Shown in pieces: positions 1 to 8,912 of a stretch of 40,284 nt of DNA; the stretch's first letter is position 1, and each line of letters starts with the position of its first letter. The notes beneath the pieces are model-generated. The model was not told where the DNA came from and made no database searches. It saw only the letters and a program-made list of their open reading frames with translations. The position numbers were made by a program, and so were the translations under genes. Origin of the DNA: Oligoflexia bacterium (GTDB lineage: Bacteria; Bdellovibrionota; Bdellovibrionia; Bdellovibrionales; UBA1609); NCBI GenBank assembly GCA_026914095.1, contig JAPPIY010000122.1, positions 1 through 40,284 of the forward strand. The letters run 5' to 3'.

Positions 1-253
1 TGAGAAGACTGGTAATAAGATACATATCTTTTTTTTACACTAAAAAGCCTGGTCTGACTATAATAAACTGAAAAAAAGGGATTATATATTTAGCGCCGCA
101 TACAATGAGTTTTAAAATACAGACAAGGCTTAAATTTATAGCATTTTTATAAAACTCACAGGGGCTTATTTTTTATGTCCTGTGGAAGTTGCCCAACTCC
201 TTGTGGTTTAAGGCTATTGTAACTTAATTTGCTGTGGTTTTAAGTGTAATTCT

Positions 254-285
254 AAAAAACAGAGAGCTGAAAAGCTCTCTGTTTT
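254..285 (-). terminator. Rho-independent (bidirectional-looking) terminator downstream of the 310..813 gene
   Basis: Perfect 8-bp stem CAGAGAGC/GCTCTCTG (260-267 / 274-281) with a 6-nt loop. It is flanked by an A-run (254-259) and a T-run (282-285), so the minus-strand transcript sees stem plus U-tract. Confidence 0.7.
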
Positions 286-309
286 AGACAAAAATAAGGA
301 GGGAGGGTT

Positions 310-813
310 TTACAAACGACAATTTTCTTTCACTTCTTCTAATTTTTTCTGATTCGCTACAGGGTCTAAAGCCAGAGCTTTAGCAAATTTTATAACATTG
401 GCCTGCGTTTCTGGCTCCCAGTTTTCTCTTACAGATTGAGTGATAGCGGCAGTAAGAGCGCTGTTAGCTGACTTAGCCTCTTTTACGCTTAAACCTTTGC
501 TTTGAAGGCCAGTACTTAAAGCGGGAACAAGCTTTAAAAAACTTTCTATCGTTTCGGCATCTTCTTTTGTTTGAATCGGCGCGCGATTCAAAGCTTGCAC
601 AGTGTTTCTGTCTAAATTTTTTTCAGCTGTTAACAGCAAGTCTGAATTGGAAGTTAATTTTATATCAAGTCCTAGTTGTTTAAAAGCAGGATCTGTAGGC
701 AGAGAATTAGGGATAATTAGCGGCTTTTCAATAGGCCTTGTTGGTGCCCTAAAAGCTGTAGAAACAAGAGGAATGCAGGATAGACTAATGAGTAAAGATA
801 GTATTGTTTTCAT
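310..813 (-). CDS. Secreted hypothetical protein (167 aa)
   Basis: ATG at 813 preceded by AGGAG with 7-nt spacing. N-terminal hydrophobic signal-like segment MKTILSLLISLSCIPLVSTA. No recognisable motif. Confidence 0.6.
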   Translation of the reverse strand: MKTILSLLISLSCIPLVSTAFRAPTRPIEKPLIIPNSLPTDPAFKQLGLDIKLTSNSDLLLTAEKNLDRNTVQALNRAPIQTKEDAETIESFLKLVPALSTGLQSKGLSVKEAKSANSALTAAITQSVRENWEPETQANVIKFAKALALDPVANQKKLEEVKENCRL

Positions 814-1366
814 GATTCAACTCCTTTTAATTAACTGCCTCTTTATTATATCTTAAAAATGGGAAAATCAAGAAAGAAATGTAATTTTGAAAAAAATTCA
901 CAAATTTTTAGATTTTTAAGTTTTTTTTTAGTGCCAGTGGCCGGCTTAATTGCGAAAAAAACCTTTAAAAACTCTCTAAAATCCATATAAATCAAGGCTT
1001 TCTTTTTAAAAAGCAGGGAAAAGGTGATTGGGTAGAACCTAAAAACAGCTTGAAAGCCTTGTAAATAAAGAGTTTTAATGGAAAATAAGCACAATTAAAT
1101 CGGCCACCACTTTCGCTTAATATTAGGTGGATTCACTCAAAAAAGGCTTTTATAGGCTCAAATCCGAGAAAAAACCAATACAATTCTGAGTGAAAAATCT
1201 TCACAAAAGCCGCGAAAACAGGAATTATGTATTTAGCCAGCCCATTAAAAGCCTATAGAATCAAGCCTTCCAAAGATTTTCAGCCTAAGACCACTTGTTT
1301 TTTTGTCTCATAATAAAGCTCCTGAAACCCTTATATTTAAAGACCTTGATGAAAATCTTTGATAGT

Positions 1367-1488
1367 TATGCCAATCTTGTTTAAATTTTAGGCTCCAACT
1401 AGACTCCCGTTCCCTGCCCCCGTTTCCACGAGGGCAAGCTTTGCGGGAGCGGCAAAAGGGAGGAAAACTCAAACAAGATTGTTAGTAA
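1367..1488. repeat. MITE-like element, full copy (type A)
   Basis: Left terminus TATGCCAATCTTGTTTAAATTTT and right terminus GGAAAACTCAAACAAGATTGTTAGTAA are inverted. The core is a GC-rich hairpin: GACTCCCG...CCCCGTTTCCACGAGGGCAAGCTTTGCGGGAG. Confidence 0.75.
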
Positions 1489-1605
1489 GTCTCTGTAAAA
1501 TAAGATTTTTTCTCGCCCGTTCTTTTTAATAAGTGACCAAACAGCTTGTCATTGAGATCTATAAGTATTTTTAATAAGGCTCTTTTAAAAAATTTATAGA
1601 TTTTT

Positions 1606-2808
1606 TTAAAGCTTTTTCCCTTGATCAAAAGCAATTTCCCTCACAGGGGTTTGTAAGTTATAAGAGTTGGCCATAACAAAGCCATAAGCTCCCGTATCCG
1701 CAAGGGCCACAGATTCGCCTTGTTTTAATTCTGGCAGAAAAATGTCTTTGGCAAAGCAGTCCCCTGTTTCACAAATGGGTCCGACCACATCATATTTTTG
1801 CAAGCTCTGAGTTTGTTTGAAGGCTAAAATTCTATGCGGATCGGAATAAAGAGCCGTTCTTAAAAAATGATTCATCCCGCTGTTTAAAATCACAAACTGC
1901 TTTTTAGGGCTTTTTTTTATATATTCCACTGTGGCGCATAAAATTCCAAAGCGAGCTGTCAAAAAGCGCCCCGGCTCTGTGATCACCTGCCCATCAAAGT
2001 TTTTGAAAAGACTTTTTAAAGTTTTTCCAAACTCTTTGAGCTTTGCCTTTTCCTCTTCTAAATCTCCCTGCTGATAATTGACACCCAGCCCGCCTCCGAT
2101 GTCCAAGACTTTTAAGGGAAAGCCTTCTCGCTTTAACTGCTCATAAAGAGATTTTAAGTAATGAATGGCTTGAAAAAGAGGATTCAAGTCAAAAATTTGA
2201 GAGCCAATATGCATGCTTAAGCCTTGTAAATAGAGAGCCTGATTTTTTTTTATAAATGTTAAAATTTCTTTTAACTCCGACTCTTCCAAACCAAATTTGT
2301 GACCGCTTAAGCCTGTTTTTATATAGGGGTGAGAGGAAAAATTGACATTGGGATTGATTCGCAAAGCAAGGGGGGCTGTTTGATTTTTTTCTGAACAAAT
2401 TTGAGCTAATCTCTTTAGCTCCTCAAAACTTTCTACATTGATTTGAAAAAACTTTTGCTCCACAGCCATTTTTAACTCTTCCGCTGTTTTTCCCACACCT
2501 GAAAAAACAATATCTTGAGGCTGAAAACCGCAGTCTTGAGCTAAACGAGCCTCCCCCCCTGAAACCACATCCACGCCAGCCCCCTCTTTTTGAAAAGCTC
2601 TTAAAACCTGTTCATTAAAGTTGGATTTCATAGCAAAAAAAACCTTAGCTTGATTTTGCGTAGCTGATAAAAAAAACCGATACCATTCTCTAAGGCCTTG
2701 AATGTCATAGAGATAAAAAGGTGTTTTTTCTTGTTGGACAATTTCTTTTAAGAGAAGGGCTTGAGAGCCTTGTTTTAAAGCCAATTGGCCATTTTGATAG
2801 AGGAACAT
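1606..2808 (-). CDS. lysA: Diaminopimelate decarboxylase
   Basis: Fold-III PLP decarboxylase features: TPFYLYD near the N-terminus, FAMKSN (PLP lysine region), DIGGGLGV, and CETGD near the C-terminus. Start moved to the ATG at 2808 (MFLYQNGQL...) because the upstream 16 codons of the ORF are translated MITE sequence. Confidence 0.9.
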   Translation of the reverse strand: MFLYQNGQLALKQGSQALLLKEIVQQEKTPFYLYDIQGLREWYRFFLSATQNQAKVFFAMKSNFNEQVLRAFQKEGAGVDVVSGGEARLAQDCGFQPQDIVFSGVGKTAEELKMAVEQKFFQINVESFEELKRLAQICSEKNQTAPLALRINPNVNFSSHPYIKTGLSGHKFGLEESELKEILTFIKKNQALYLQGLSMHIGSQIFDLNPLFQAIHYLKSLYEQLKREGFPLKVLDIGGGLGVNYQQGDLEEEKAKLKEFGKTLKSLFKNFDGQVITEPGRFLTARFGILCATVEYIKKSPKKQFVILNSGMNHFLRTALYSDPHRILAFKQTQSLQKYDVVGPICETGDCFAKDIFLPELKQGESVALADTGAYGFVMANSYNLQTPVREIAFDQGKKL

Positions 2809-3085
2809 GATAGAGACCTTGTTTGAGTTTTTATCCCAGCTGTCATTTCCGCGCAAGCGGGAATCTCCCCAAATCTGGTCTCCTGAGAGCCGCTTTCACT
2901 TGTCATTCCCGCGCAAGCGGGAATCTCCCTAAAAAATTGTTTTATTGTTTAAATGTGATTTTTGTTCAAAAGCTTGCCAATCCACTTGCAAAAAGTCTAT
3001 CTGAGCTTTTAAGCCTCTCATCTTAAAGTTTTTGAAAAATAGAAACTATTGGGGATAGACTCAAATTTCAAACCCGGTTAGTAAA
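2809..3085. repeat. Composite repeat filling the whole lysC-lysA spacer
   Basis: Left terminus GATAGAGACCTTGTTTGAGTTTT at 2809-2832. Two 27-nt hairpins GTCATT(T/C)CCGCGCAAGCGGGAATCTCC at 2842-2868 and 2902-2928. Module TTTATTGTTTAAATGTGATTTTTGTTCAAAAGCTTGCCAATCCACTTGCAAA at 2941-2993. Right terminus CAAATTTCAAACCCGGTTAGTAAAG at about 3060-3085. Confidence 0.7.
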
Positions 3086-4283
3086 GATTAAATTCTTTGT
3101 GTAAAGCTCTGGCGGTTTTCTTCAGGCTCTTTTCATCAATGACAGTGCTGATTTTTATTTCAGAAGTGGTTACTAAATACAAACGCGCTTTGGTTTTTTT
3201 AATGACAGAAAAAAACCGTCCCGCCACTCCAGAATGGGAAGCCATGCCAACGCCGATAACGGAAATTTTAGCGACTTTATTTATGACAGAGATATTTTTT
3301 TCAACTTTGAGTTTTTTTAAAACAGACAAGCTTTTTTTCAAATCCGTCTTGGGAATAGAAAAAGACAAGCGGGAGGGAGCGCCTATCGCGCTTTGAGAGA
3401 TAATATCCACAAAGACAGCCTCTTTCCCCAGCTCTGTGAAAAGATCAGATAAAAAATTCACTCCCGAAGGAGTTTTATTAAATTTTATAACTAAAGTGTT
3501 TAAATCATGAGCTATTGCTGAAACGACAGAACCTTCCATACCCCCCTCCTTTTTGTTTATAATCCATGTCCCCTCTTCTTTTTTAAAAGCATGACGGACA
3601 TGGAGTTTAACATCATACTTTAAAGCCATTTCCACGGAGCGAATCTGCAACACCTTAGATCCCAAATAGGACATCTCCATCATTTCAGAAAAACTTAAGG
3701 ATTTTTGTTTTTTCGCTTTAGGGACTAATCGTGGGTCGGCTGTAAAGACTCCGGGCACATCCGTATAAATCTCACAAGTTTTCACTTTTAAAGCCGAGCT
3801 TAAGGCCACAGCGGTTAAATCACTGCCCCCTCTTCCTAAAGTGGTGATCTCATTTTGTTTTGTGACTCCTTGAAAGCCGGCAATTAAAGGCATGACTTTT
3901 TTTTTAAGAAGGGCTTTTACTTTTTCTATTTGAATCGATTCAATATGAGCTTTAGAAAAAAGGGCTGAAGTTTGAATCCCAGCTTGATGGGCTAAAAGAG
4001 GCTTGTTTTTTAGGCCTCTTTTTTCTAATGCGAGACTTAAAAGAGAGATGCTTATCTGCTCTCCCGAAGAGACCAGCATGTCGTAAGCCTCTCCTTGAAA
4101 GTGAGGATGAACTTTATGGGCCATTTGAATTAAAGAATCGGTGTAGCCAGACATGGCGGAAAGGACGACAAGGGGCTGTTCTCCTCTTTTTCTGTCTTCT
4201 GACAAGCGTTGGGCGATGCTTTCTATTTTTCTTATAGAGCCAACCGAAGCGCCGCCAAATTTTTTAACAATGAGACTTTTCAT
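3078..4283 (-). CDS. lysC: Aspartate kinase
   Basis: N-terminal KKFGGASVG signature, LGRGGSDLTAVAL motif, and C-terminal ACT-like region. The start overlaps the E2 stop as ATGA. Confidence 0.92.
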   Translation of the reverse strand: MKSLIVKKFGGASVGSIRKIESIAQRLSEDRKRGEQPLVVLSAMSGYTDSLIQMAHKVHPHFQGEAYDMLVSSGEQISISLLSLALEKRGLKNKPLLAHQAGIQTSALFSKAHIESIQIEKVKALLKKKVMPLIAGFQGVTKQNEITTLGRGGSDLTAVALSSALKVKTCEIYTDVPGVFTADPRLVPKAKKQKSLSFSEMMEMSYLGSKVLQIRSVEMALKYDVKLHVRHAFKKEEGTWIINKKEGGMEGSVVSAIAHDLNTLVIKFNKTPSGVNFLSDLFTELGKEAVFVDIISQSAIGAPSRLSFSIPKTDLKKSLSVLKKLKVEKNISVINKVAKISVIGVGMASHSGVAGRFFSVIKKTKARLYLVTTSEIKISTVIDEKSLKKTARALHKEFNLY

Positions 4284-5530
4284 TCTTCTAAAAGCAAGAG
4301 GCTAGGCTCTTCAATTTTTTGGACAAAGCTTTTTAAAAATCGGACGGCTGTGGCGCCGTCTATAAAGCGATGATCACAAGTGATGGAAAAATTTATAAAG
4401 TCTGTTTCTTCAAATTCCCCTTTTTCATTTTTCACCGCCTGTTTAAAAATTTTATAAATTCCTAAAATAGCCATTTCAGGAGCTTGTATGATAGGGACGC
4501 CGTAAAGCCCTCCTAAACTTCCTAAGTTTGTGAGAGTGAGTCCCGCTCCTTTTAAATGCTCTCTTTCAATAGCTCCCGCTCTTGTTTTTTTAGAAAGCTC
4601 AAAAAGCTCTTTTACAATTTCTAAAAGGTTTTTGTTTTCCGCTTGCTTTAAGACAGGAACTAACAGACCGTTGGGGCTGTCCACAGCAAAACCAAAGTTT
4701 ATATGTTTTTTAAAAACAATTTCTTTTGTTTTTGTGTCATAGACTGAGTTAAAAATCGGAAACTGTTTGAGAACAGGAACCAAAGCTTTCATAAAAAAGG
4801 GCAGATAACCCATTTTCAGCCCTTGCTTTTCTAAACGGCTTTTCATTTCCGTCCTCAGTTTTACCAGATGCCCTGCTTGAGCCTGTTCAACAATAGTAAA
4901 AGGGGGAATCGTGGCTCGGGACAAGGTCATGCTTTCAAACATCAGCCTTTGAATGCCTTTTAAAGGGATTCTTTTTGATTCGGCAAAGTCAGAAAAGGAC
5001 GGGGTGGAATAAGAGGGAGCTTTCATTTTCTTTTTTATATAATTGAGAAGATCCTCTCTTTTAATTTCTCCTCTTTCTCCAGAGCCTTTCACTTCTGTTA
5101 AATCCAGTCCCAGCTCTTCAGCTAACTTTCTGCTGGAGGGGATGGCTAAAGGAAAAAATTTTTCTGGCGGGACATCAGCTTTTTCCGCTTTTCTTTTCTC
5201 GCTTTTTTCTTTAGGGGGAGGGCAGGAGCTGTCTGTTGATTCTTCAGCTTGTTTAGAGGAGAATTCTTTTTTATTTTCTATTGGACTCTCTTTTGTCTGA
5301 ACTGTAAAAAGCTCCGCGCCAACGGAAATAATGTCTCCCTCATTGACATTGACTTTTTCAATCACTCCTTCTATAAAGGAAGGCACCTCCATAGAGGCTT
5401 TGTCTGTCATCACCTCTAATAGAGCTTGATCCATAGCAATAGAATCCCCTTCTTTCACTTTGATTTTTAAAATTTCCCCTTCTGTAACTCCCTCTCCTAA
5501 ATCAGGAAGTGTGATTTTTTTAAGAGCCAT
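4280..5530 (-). CDS. Dihydrolipoamide acyltransferase (E2) of a 2-oxoacid dehydrogenase complex
   Basis: Lipoyl domain with MTDKASMEVPS. Peripheral subunit-binding segment SSRKLAEELGLDLTEVKGSGERGEI. Catalytic CDHRFIDGA. Substrate class (PDH or BCKDH-like) is not resolvable by eye. Confidence 0.88.
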   Translation of the reverse strand: MALKKITLPDLGEGVTEGEILKIKVKEGDSIAMDQALLEVMTDKASMEVPSFIEGVIEKVNVNEGDIISVGAELFTVQTKESPIENKKEFSSKQAEESTDSSCPPPKEKSEKRKAEKADVPPEKFFPLAIPSSRKLAEELGLDLTEVKGSGERGEIKREDLLNYIKKKMKAPSYSTPSFSDFAESKRIPLKGIQRLMFESMTLSRATIPPFTIVEQAQAGHLVKLRTEMKSRLEKQGLKMGYLPFFMKALVPVLKQFPIFNSVYDTKTKEIVFKKHINFGFAVDSPNGLLVPVLKQAENKNLLEIVKELFELSKKTRAGAIEREHLKGAGLTLTNLGSLGGLYGVPIIQAPEMAILGIYKIFKQAVKNEKGEFEETDFINFSITCDHRFIDGATAVRFLKSFVQKIEEPSLLLLEE

Positions 5531-6422
5531 TTTTCATCCTTTGTTTTTGAATGAGAGCTGACATAAAAAACTCTCCGGCCCGGTAAGAGCTTCTTACCAG
5601 AGGACCGGAAGCGCAATACACAAAACCCATATTCTCTGCGGTTTGTTTCCACTCTTTAAATTCTTCAGGAGGAATGAACCGCTGGACAGGGAGATGTCTT
5701 TTTTGAGGGCGCAGATACTGTCCAAAAGTAACCACATCACAGCCAACTGCTCTTAAGTCCTTTAAAGCGCTTAAAACTTCTGAATGGCTTTCCCCCAAAC
5801 CTAACATGAGAGAGGATTTTGTGTAAATAGAAGGCTCTTGATTTTTTACAAACTCTAAAACATTGAGAGACTGTTTGTAATTGGCTCTGGGGTCCCTCAC
5901 TTTGCGGCTCAAGCTTTCCACCGTTTCTATGTTGTGGGCGAACACCTCCGGCCGGGCCCAGATGATTTTTTGAAGGCAGTCTTTTTTTCCTTTAAAGTCA
6001 GGGGTTAAAACCTCTATTAAAAGATAGGGCTGTCTTTTTTTCACCAGCTGTATGGTTTTAGCAAAGTGTCCAGCGCCCTCATCTTCTAAATCGTCTCTAT
6101 TGACGCTGGTGAGAACCACATAGCTGAGATTGAGGCGGGATAAAGTGAAAGCGACTTTTTCCGGCTCTTTTTCGTCCAGCCAGCCTCTAGGGTTTCCTGT
6201 TTTGACATTGCAAAAGCGGCAGCCTCTTGTGCAAATGTCTCCCATGAGCATGAGGGTGGCTGTTCCGCCGCTCCAGCACTCTCCGATATTAGGGCAGTTC
6301 GCCGATTCACACACAGTGGACAGCTTTAAATTTGCAAGCAGGCCTTTTATCAAGTGGTAATTTTTTCCCGAAGGGATTTGACTTTTTATCCAAGAGGGCT
6401 TTCTCAACACAGTTTTGCTCAT
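5520..6422 (-). CDS. lipA: Lipoyl synthase
   Basis: Cysteine clusters CESANCPNIGECW and the radical-SAM motif CTRGCRFCNV. The 3' end overlaps the E2 start by 11 nt. Confidence 0.95.
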   Translation of the reverse strand: MSKTVLRKPSWIKSQIPSGKNYHLIKGLLANLKLSTVCESANCPNIGECWSGGTATLMLMGDICTRGCRFCNVKTGNPRGWLDEKEPEKVAFTLSRLNLSYVVLTSVNRDDLEDEGAGHFAKTIQLVKKRQPYLLIEVLTPDFKGKKDCLQKIIWARPEVFAHNIETVESLSRKVRDPRANYKQSLNVLEFVKNQEPSIYTKSSLMLGLGESHSEVLSALKDLRAVGCDVVTFGQYLRPQKRHLPVQRFIPPEEFKEWKQTAENMGFVYCASGPLVRSSYRAGEFFMSALIQKQRMKNGS

Positions 6423-6527
6423 ATAGCTTTATTTATAATAAGTTTCCTGTAAAAACAAAGAGAATTTTTTAGGCTTTGCGCTTGATTGCTTTTAGATTTT
6501 GAAACTATAACAAAATCCGTTTAAAAA

Positions 6528-6664
6528 GTAAAAATTTTCAATGGAAAGGCTTGAAATGAGTTCAGCCTCCGGTTGCGCGAGGACAGGCTTTGACCACAAA
6601 GCGACTTGCAGTCGCATTGTGGCAAAATAGAGGACTGAGAAAGCCTTTCCATTGAAAATTTTAC
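6528..6664. repeat. Long-hairpin element (type B)
   Basis: 22-bp perfect arms AAAATTTTCAATGGAAAGGCTT (6531-6552) and AAGCCTTTCCATTGAAAATTTT (6641-6662). Inner hairpin TTTGACCACAAAGCGACT-TGC-AGTCGCATTGTGGCAAAA. Confidence 0.8.
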
Positions 6665-6765
6665 TCATAAGCTTTTTATTGTTATCTCCAGAAGAAAGCT
6701 CAAAATTCAAAATAGAGAATCATAGTCTGCATGAATTTAAAAGCTGTAGGACCAGCCGAGCTGTT

Positions 6766-6881
6766 TATACATATCCTGTTTGAAAACTCGGGTTTCAGTT
6801 GGATTCCCGCCCCCGTGTTTCCACGAGGACAGGCTTTCGCGGGAATGACTGTGCGTTGAAATTCCAAACAGGATTCGTATA
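6766..6881. repeat. MITE-like element, full copy (type A) with TA flanks
   Basis: TA|TACATATCCTGTTTGAAAACTC ... GAAATTCCAAACAGGATTCGTA|TA. Core GGATTCCCGCCCCCGTGTTTCCACGAGGACAGGCTTTCGCGGGAATGAC. Confidence 0.85.
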
Positions 6882-6893
6882 AAAGCAGAAAAA

Positions 6894-8912
6894 TCAGTGG
6901 ATGAACTGTTTTTTACAAGCCTCTTCTTGATCCTCATTTTGATCTTTAAAATCTTCTAATCTAAGCTGTCCCTTTCGATATTTTTCCCACAGCTCTGGCC
7001 CTAAAGCTTGCTCTATTTGCTCTTCTTTTGACATTTTTAAAAAAACTTCCTGCGCTTTTTTTGAAGATTCTCTAAAAATTCTATCAACTGTACCTTCCAG
7101 GGATTCTTCTTGCGGCTCAGCTGATTGCTTTTGACTGGATAAGTAGCTGGCTAAGTGTTTAAAATTTTGTTCTGTTAAATAAGTTTCCCAGTCTAACAGC
7201 CATTTATGCCCATCAATTTCCAAAGTCAGGGTTGGCGGAAGGCCCATCTTCTTAGATTCATGCAAAAACCGGACTTCTTCTTTCAATCCAAAAAATAAGG
7301 CCCATTCTATAGGGGACAAACTTAAGGGAAAGTAGTAGCTTTCAAGCTTGGGCAGATTATCATAAATCAGTCTTAAGATTTTTTTAGCTGGCGGCTTGAA
7401 AGGATCTTCTAAATCCAAAGAGCCATAAGTGACAAAAGCTAAAGACAGAGGATCTAAACTATAGGATTGTATAATTTTGTTATGCTCTTGTATTTTTTGG
7501 GCTGTCTCGGACTGTCTTAGTTTTTTTAGGATGTATTCAACCGCTGGAGTAAAACTTTGCCTTATCGCTTCTAAAAGAGGATTGCTCAACAGATACACTT
7601 TGTCAAAATTGACATAAGTGAAATTAAGAAAAATCTCTTCTGTTTTTAAGCCTTCTTTAGAGTCTAAAGTTTTAAAAAAATTTTCATCTCTGTTAAAAAT
7701 AGCTTGTAAGATTAAACGGGTGTTTTTAGGAATTCCCCCCTCTTTAGAGCTAAACTCATGGAGCATTAAAAGCCTTGTTTTTTCAGCTTTCATTAAGTTT
7801 GCATGAAAATCATTAAAAAAACTCATTAAAACCGATCGAGACTCTTTTGTTTGATAGGGATCAAAAAAATTAAATAGGTTTTTTAAAAAAGCTTGAAAAT
7901 TAAGGTAAGTGATGACAGGGGAATGGGAGGCTTTTGGTTTTTCTTGAGCTATGTAATTCCATAAGTTACTGTAATCTTGAGCCATTACATGAGAGGGAAG
8001 CAAGCTGAGTTCGCGAAACTTTTTTATCAGAATTCGTCTAAGTTTTTTATCTGGCTGGGAAAAAGTAAAATGCAGGGGAGTTAAGCCTAAAGAGTTTTTA
8101 TCCTTTAAAAGACTTTTAGCCTGTGGGATCTGTAAAAAAGCTATAAGCCCTTTGGTGTGCCTCTTCCTCTCTTTTTTCTTTAAATTCTGGTTTAACAGAA
8201 TATAAGAGTATATAATATTATCCCCTGTAGCAAGCTTAAGTCCAAAGTCAATTTCTCTTTCCATCAGCCTTTCTATAATTTTGGGTTTTTTTGTAGCTAA
8301 CAGATGATGAGAGAGAACAACAACAGTTTCCTCCTTGTTTTTGAACTCCTCAGGAAGCATTGAGCTTTTTATCTCCTTAAAAGACAGGCTGTCATTGACA
8401 GAAAGAGAGAGGGCCTCCATTAATTCAAAAATTTTTTCATTGAGAGAGCCATAATAAATAAGATGCAAAACAGCTAGTATTTTATCGGCTTTTGTAAAAG
8501 AGTGCTCCTCCATAAATTTTTGAATCTCTTCGGGCTTGTCTTTTTTTAAGGCGGAAAATAACTCTTCAAGCTTTTGATTGGCTTTAAAATGTGTCTCTGG
8601 CTCAGTTGGAATGCCAGCCCCCTGTCTTTCTAAAAAAACATTGTAAAAATGATCTATGATAATCGTATGATCTTTTATGAGCTGATTTAAGAAGTCATAA
8701 AAGCTTTGATGTTTTAATTGAAGATTTTTCCATTCACTGATTTGGAAAAGAGGCGCGCTGTGTCTGGTTCTTTGCCAAAAAGCTTGGGAGAGGCTTTTTT
8801 GTAGGAGCCGTTCTTTGTTGGCTGGGTTGAAGTCAAACTCCCCAGCGGAGCTGTAACAGTGAAAAGCCAGCGCAAAAAGCGGTAAAACTATAAAAGACGA
8901 AAACTGAGGCAT
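6894..8912 (-). CDS. Large secreted protein of unknown function (672 aa), mostly helical, with one ankyrin-like GLTPLH motif
   Basis: Long uninterrupted ORF. Signal-like N-terminus MPQFSSFIVLPLFALAFHCYSSAG. Acidic, lysine-rich C-terminal tail. No catalytic motif recognised. Confidence 0.7.
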   Translation of the reverse strand: MPQFSSFIVLPLFALAFHCYSSAGEFDFNPANKERLLQKSLSQAFWQRTRHSAPLFQISEWKNLQLKHQSFYDFLNQLIKDHTIIIDHFYNVFLERQGAGIPTEPETHFKANQKLEELFSALKKDKPEEIQKFMEEHSFTKADKILAVLHLIYYGSLNEKIFELMEALSLSVNDSLSFKEIKSSMLPEEFKNKEETVVVLSHHLLATKKPKIIERLMEREIDFGLKLATGDNIIYSYILLNQNLKKKERKRHTKGLIAFLQIPQAKSLLKDKNSLGLTPLHFTFSQPDKKLRRILIKKFRELSLLPSHVMAQDYSNLWNYIAQEKPKASHSPVITYLNFQAFLKNLFNFFDPYQTKESRSVLMSFFNDFHANLMKAEKTRLLMLHEFSSKEGGIPKNTRLILQAIFNRDENFFKTLDSKEGLKTEEIFLNFTYVNFDKVYLLSNPLLEAIRQSFTPAVEYILKKLRQSETAQKIQEHNKIIQSYSLDPLSLAFVTYGSLDLEDPFKPPAKKILRLIYDNLPKLESYYFPLSLSPIEWALFFGLKEEVRFLHESKKMGLPPTLTLEIDGHKWLLDWETYLTEQNFKHLASYLSSQKQSAEPQEESLEGTVDRIFRESSKKAQEVFLKMSKEEQIEQALGPELWEKYRKGQLRLEDFKDQNEDQEEACKKQFIH

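Noticed and set aside
846-1094. 82-aa ORF in the spacer upstream of the 310..813 gene.
   Set aside because: It is a Lys/Phe-rich translation of AT-rich spacer, with no RBS and no motif. Likely spurious.
2842-2928. Two identical-length 27-nt palindromic repeats separated by a ~33-nt spacer looked like a mini CRISPR array. The pair at 14657-14742 looked similar.
   Set aside because: There are only two units per locus. The same hairpin is dispersed singly at 19378 and 27967 and sits inside TIR-bounded elements. No cas genes or leader are present. It is better explained as REP-like cores of the MITE family.
2950-2975. AAATGTGATTTTTGTTCAAAA in the shared module resembles a Crp site.
   Set aside because: Only one half-site (TGTGA) is good. 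The second half (TCAAA) is offset by N7 and imperfect. The conservation is explained by repeat identity rather than by operator function.
6492-6937. ORFs 6492..6710 and 6737..6937.
   Set aside because: They are translations of the long-hairpin element and of a MITE copy. The peptide SRESLSSWKHGGGN recurs wherever the MITE is read in that frame.
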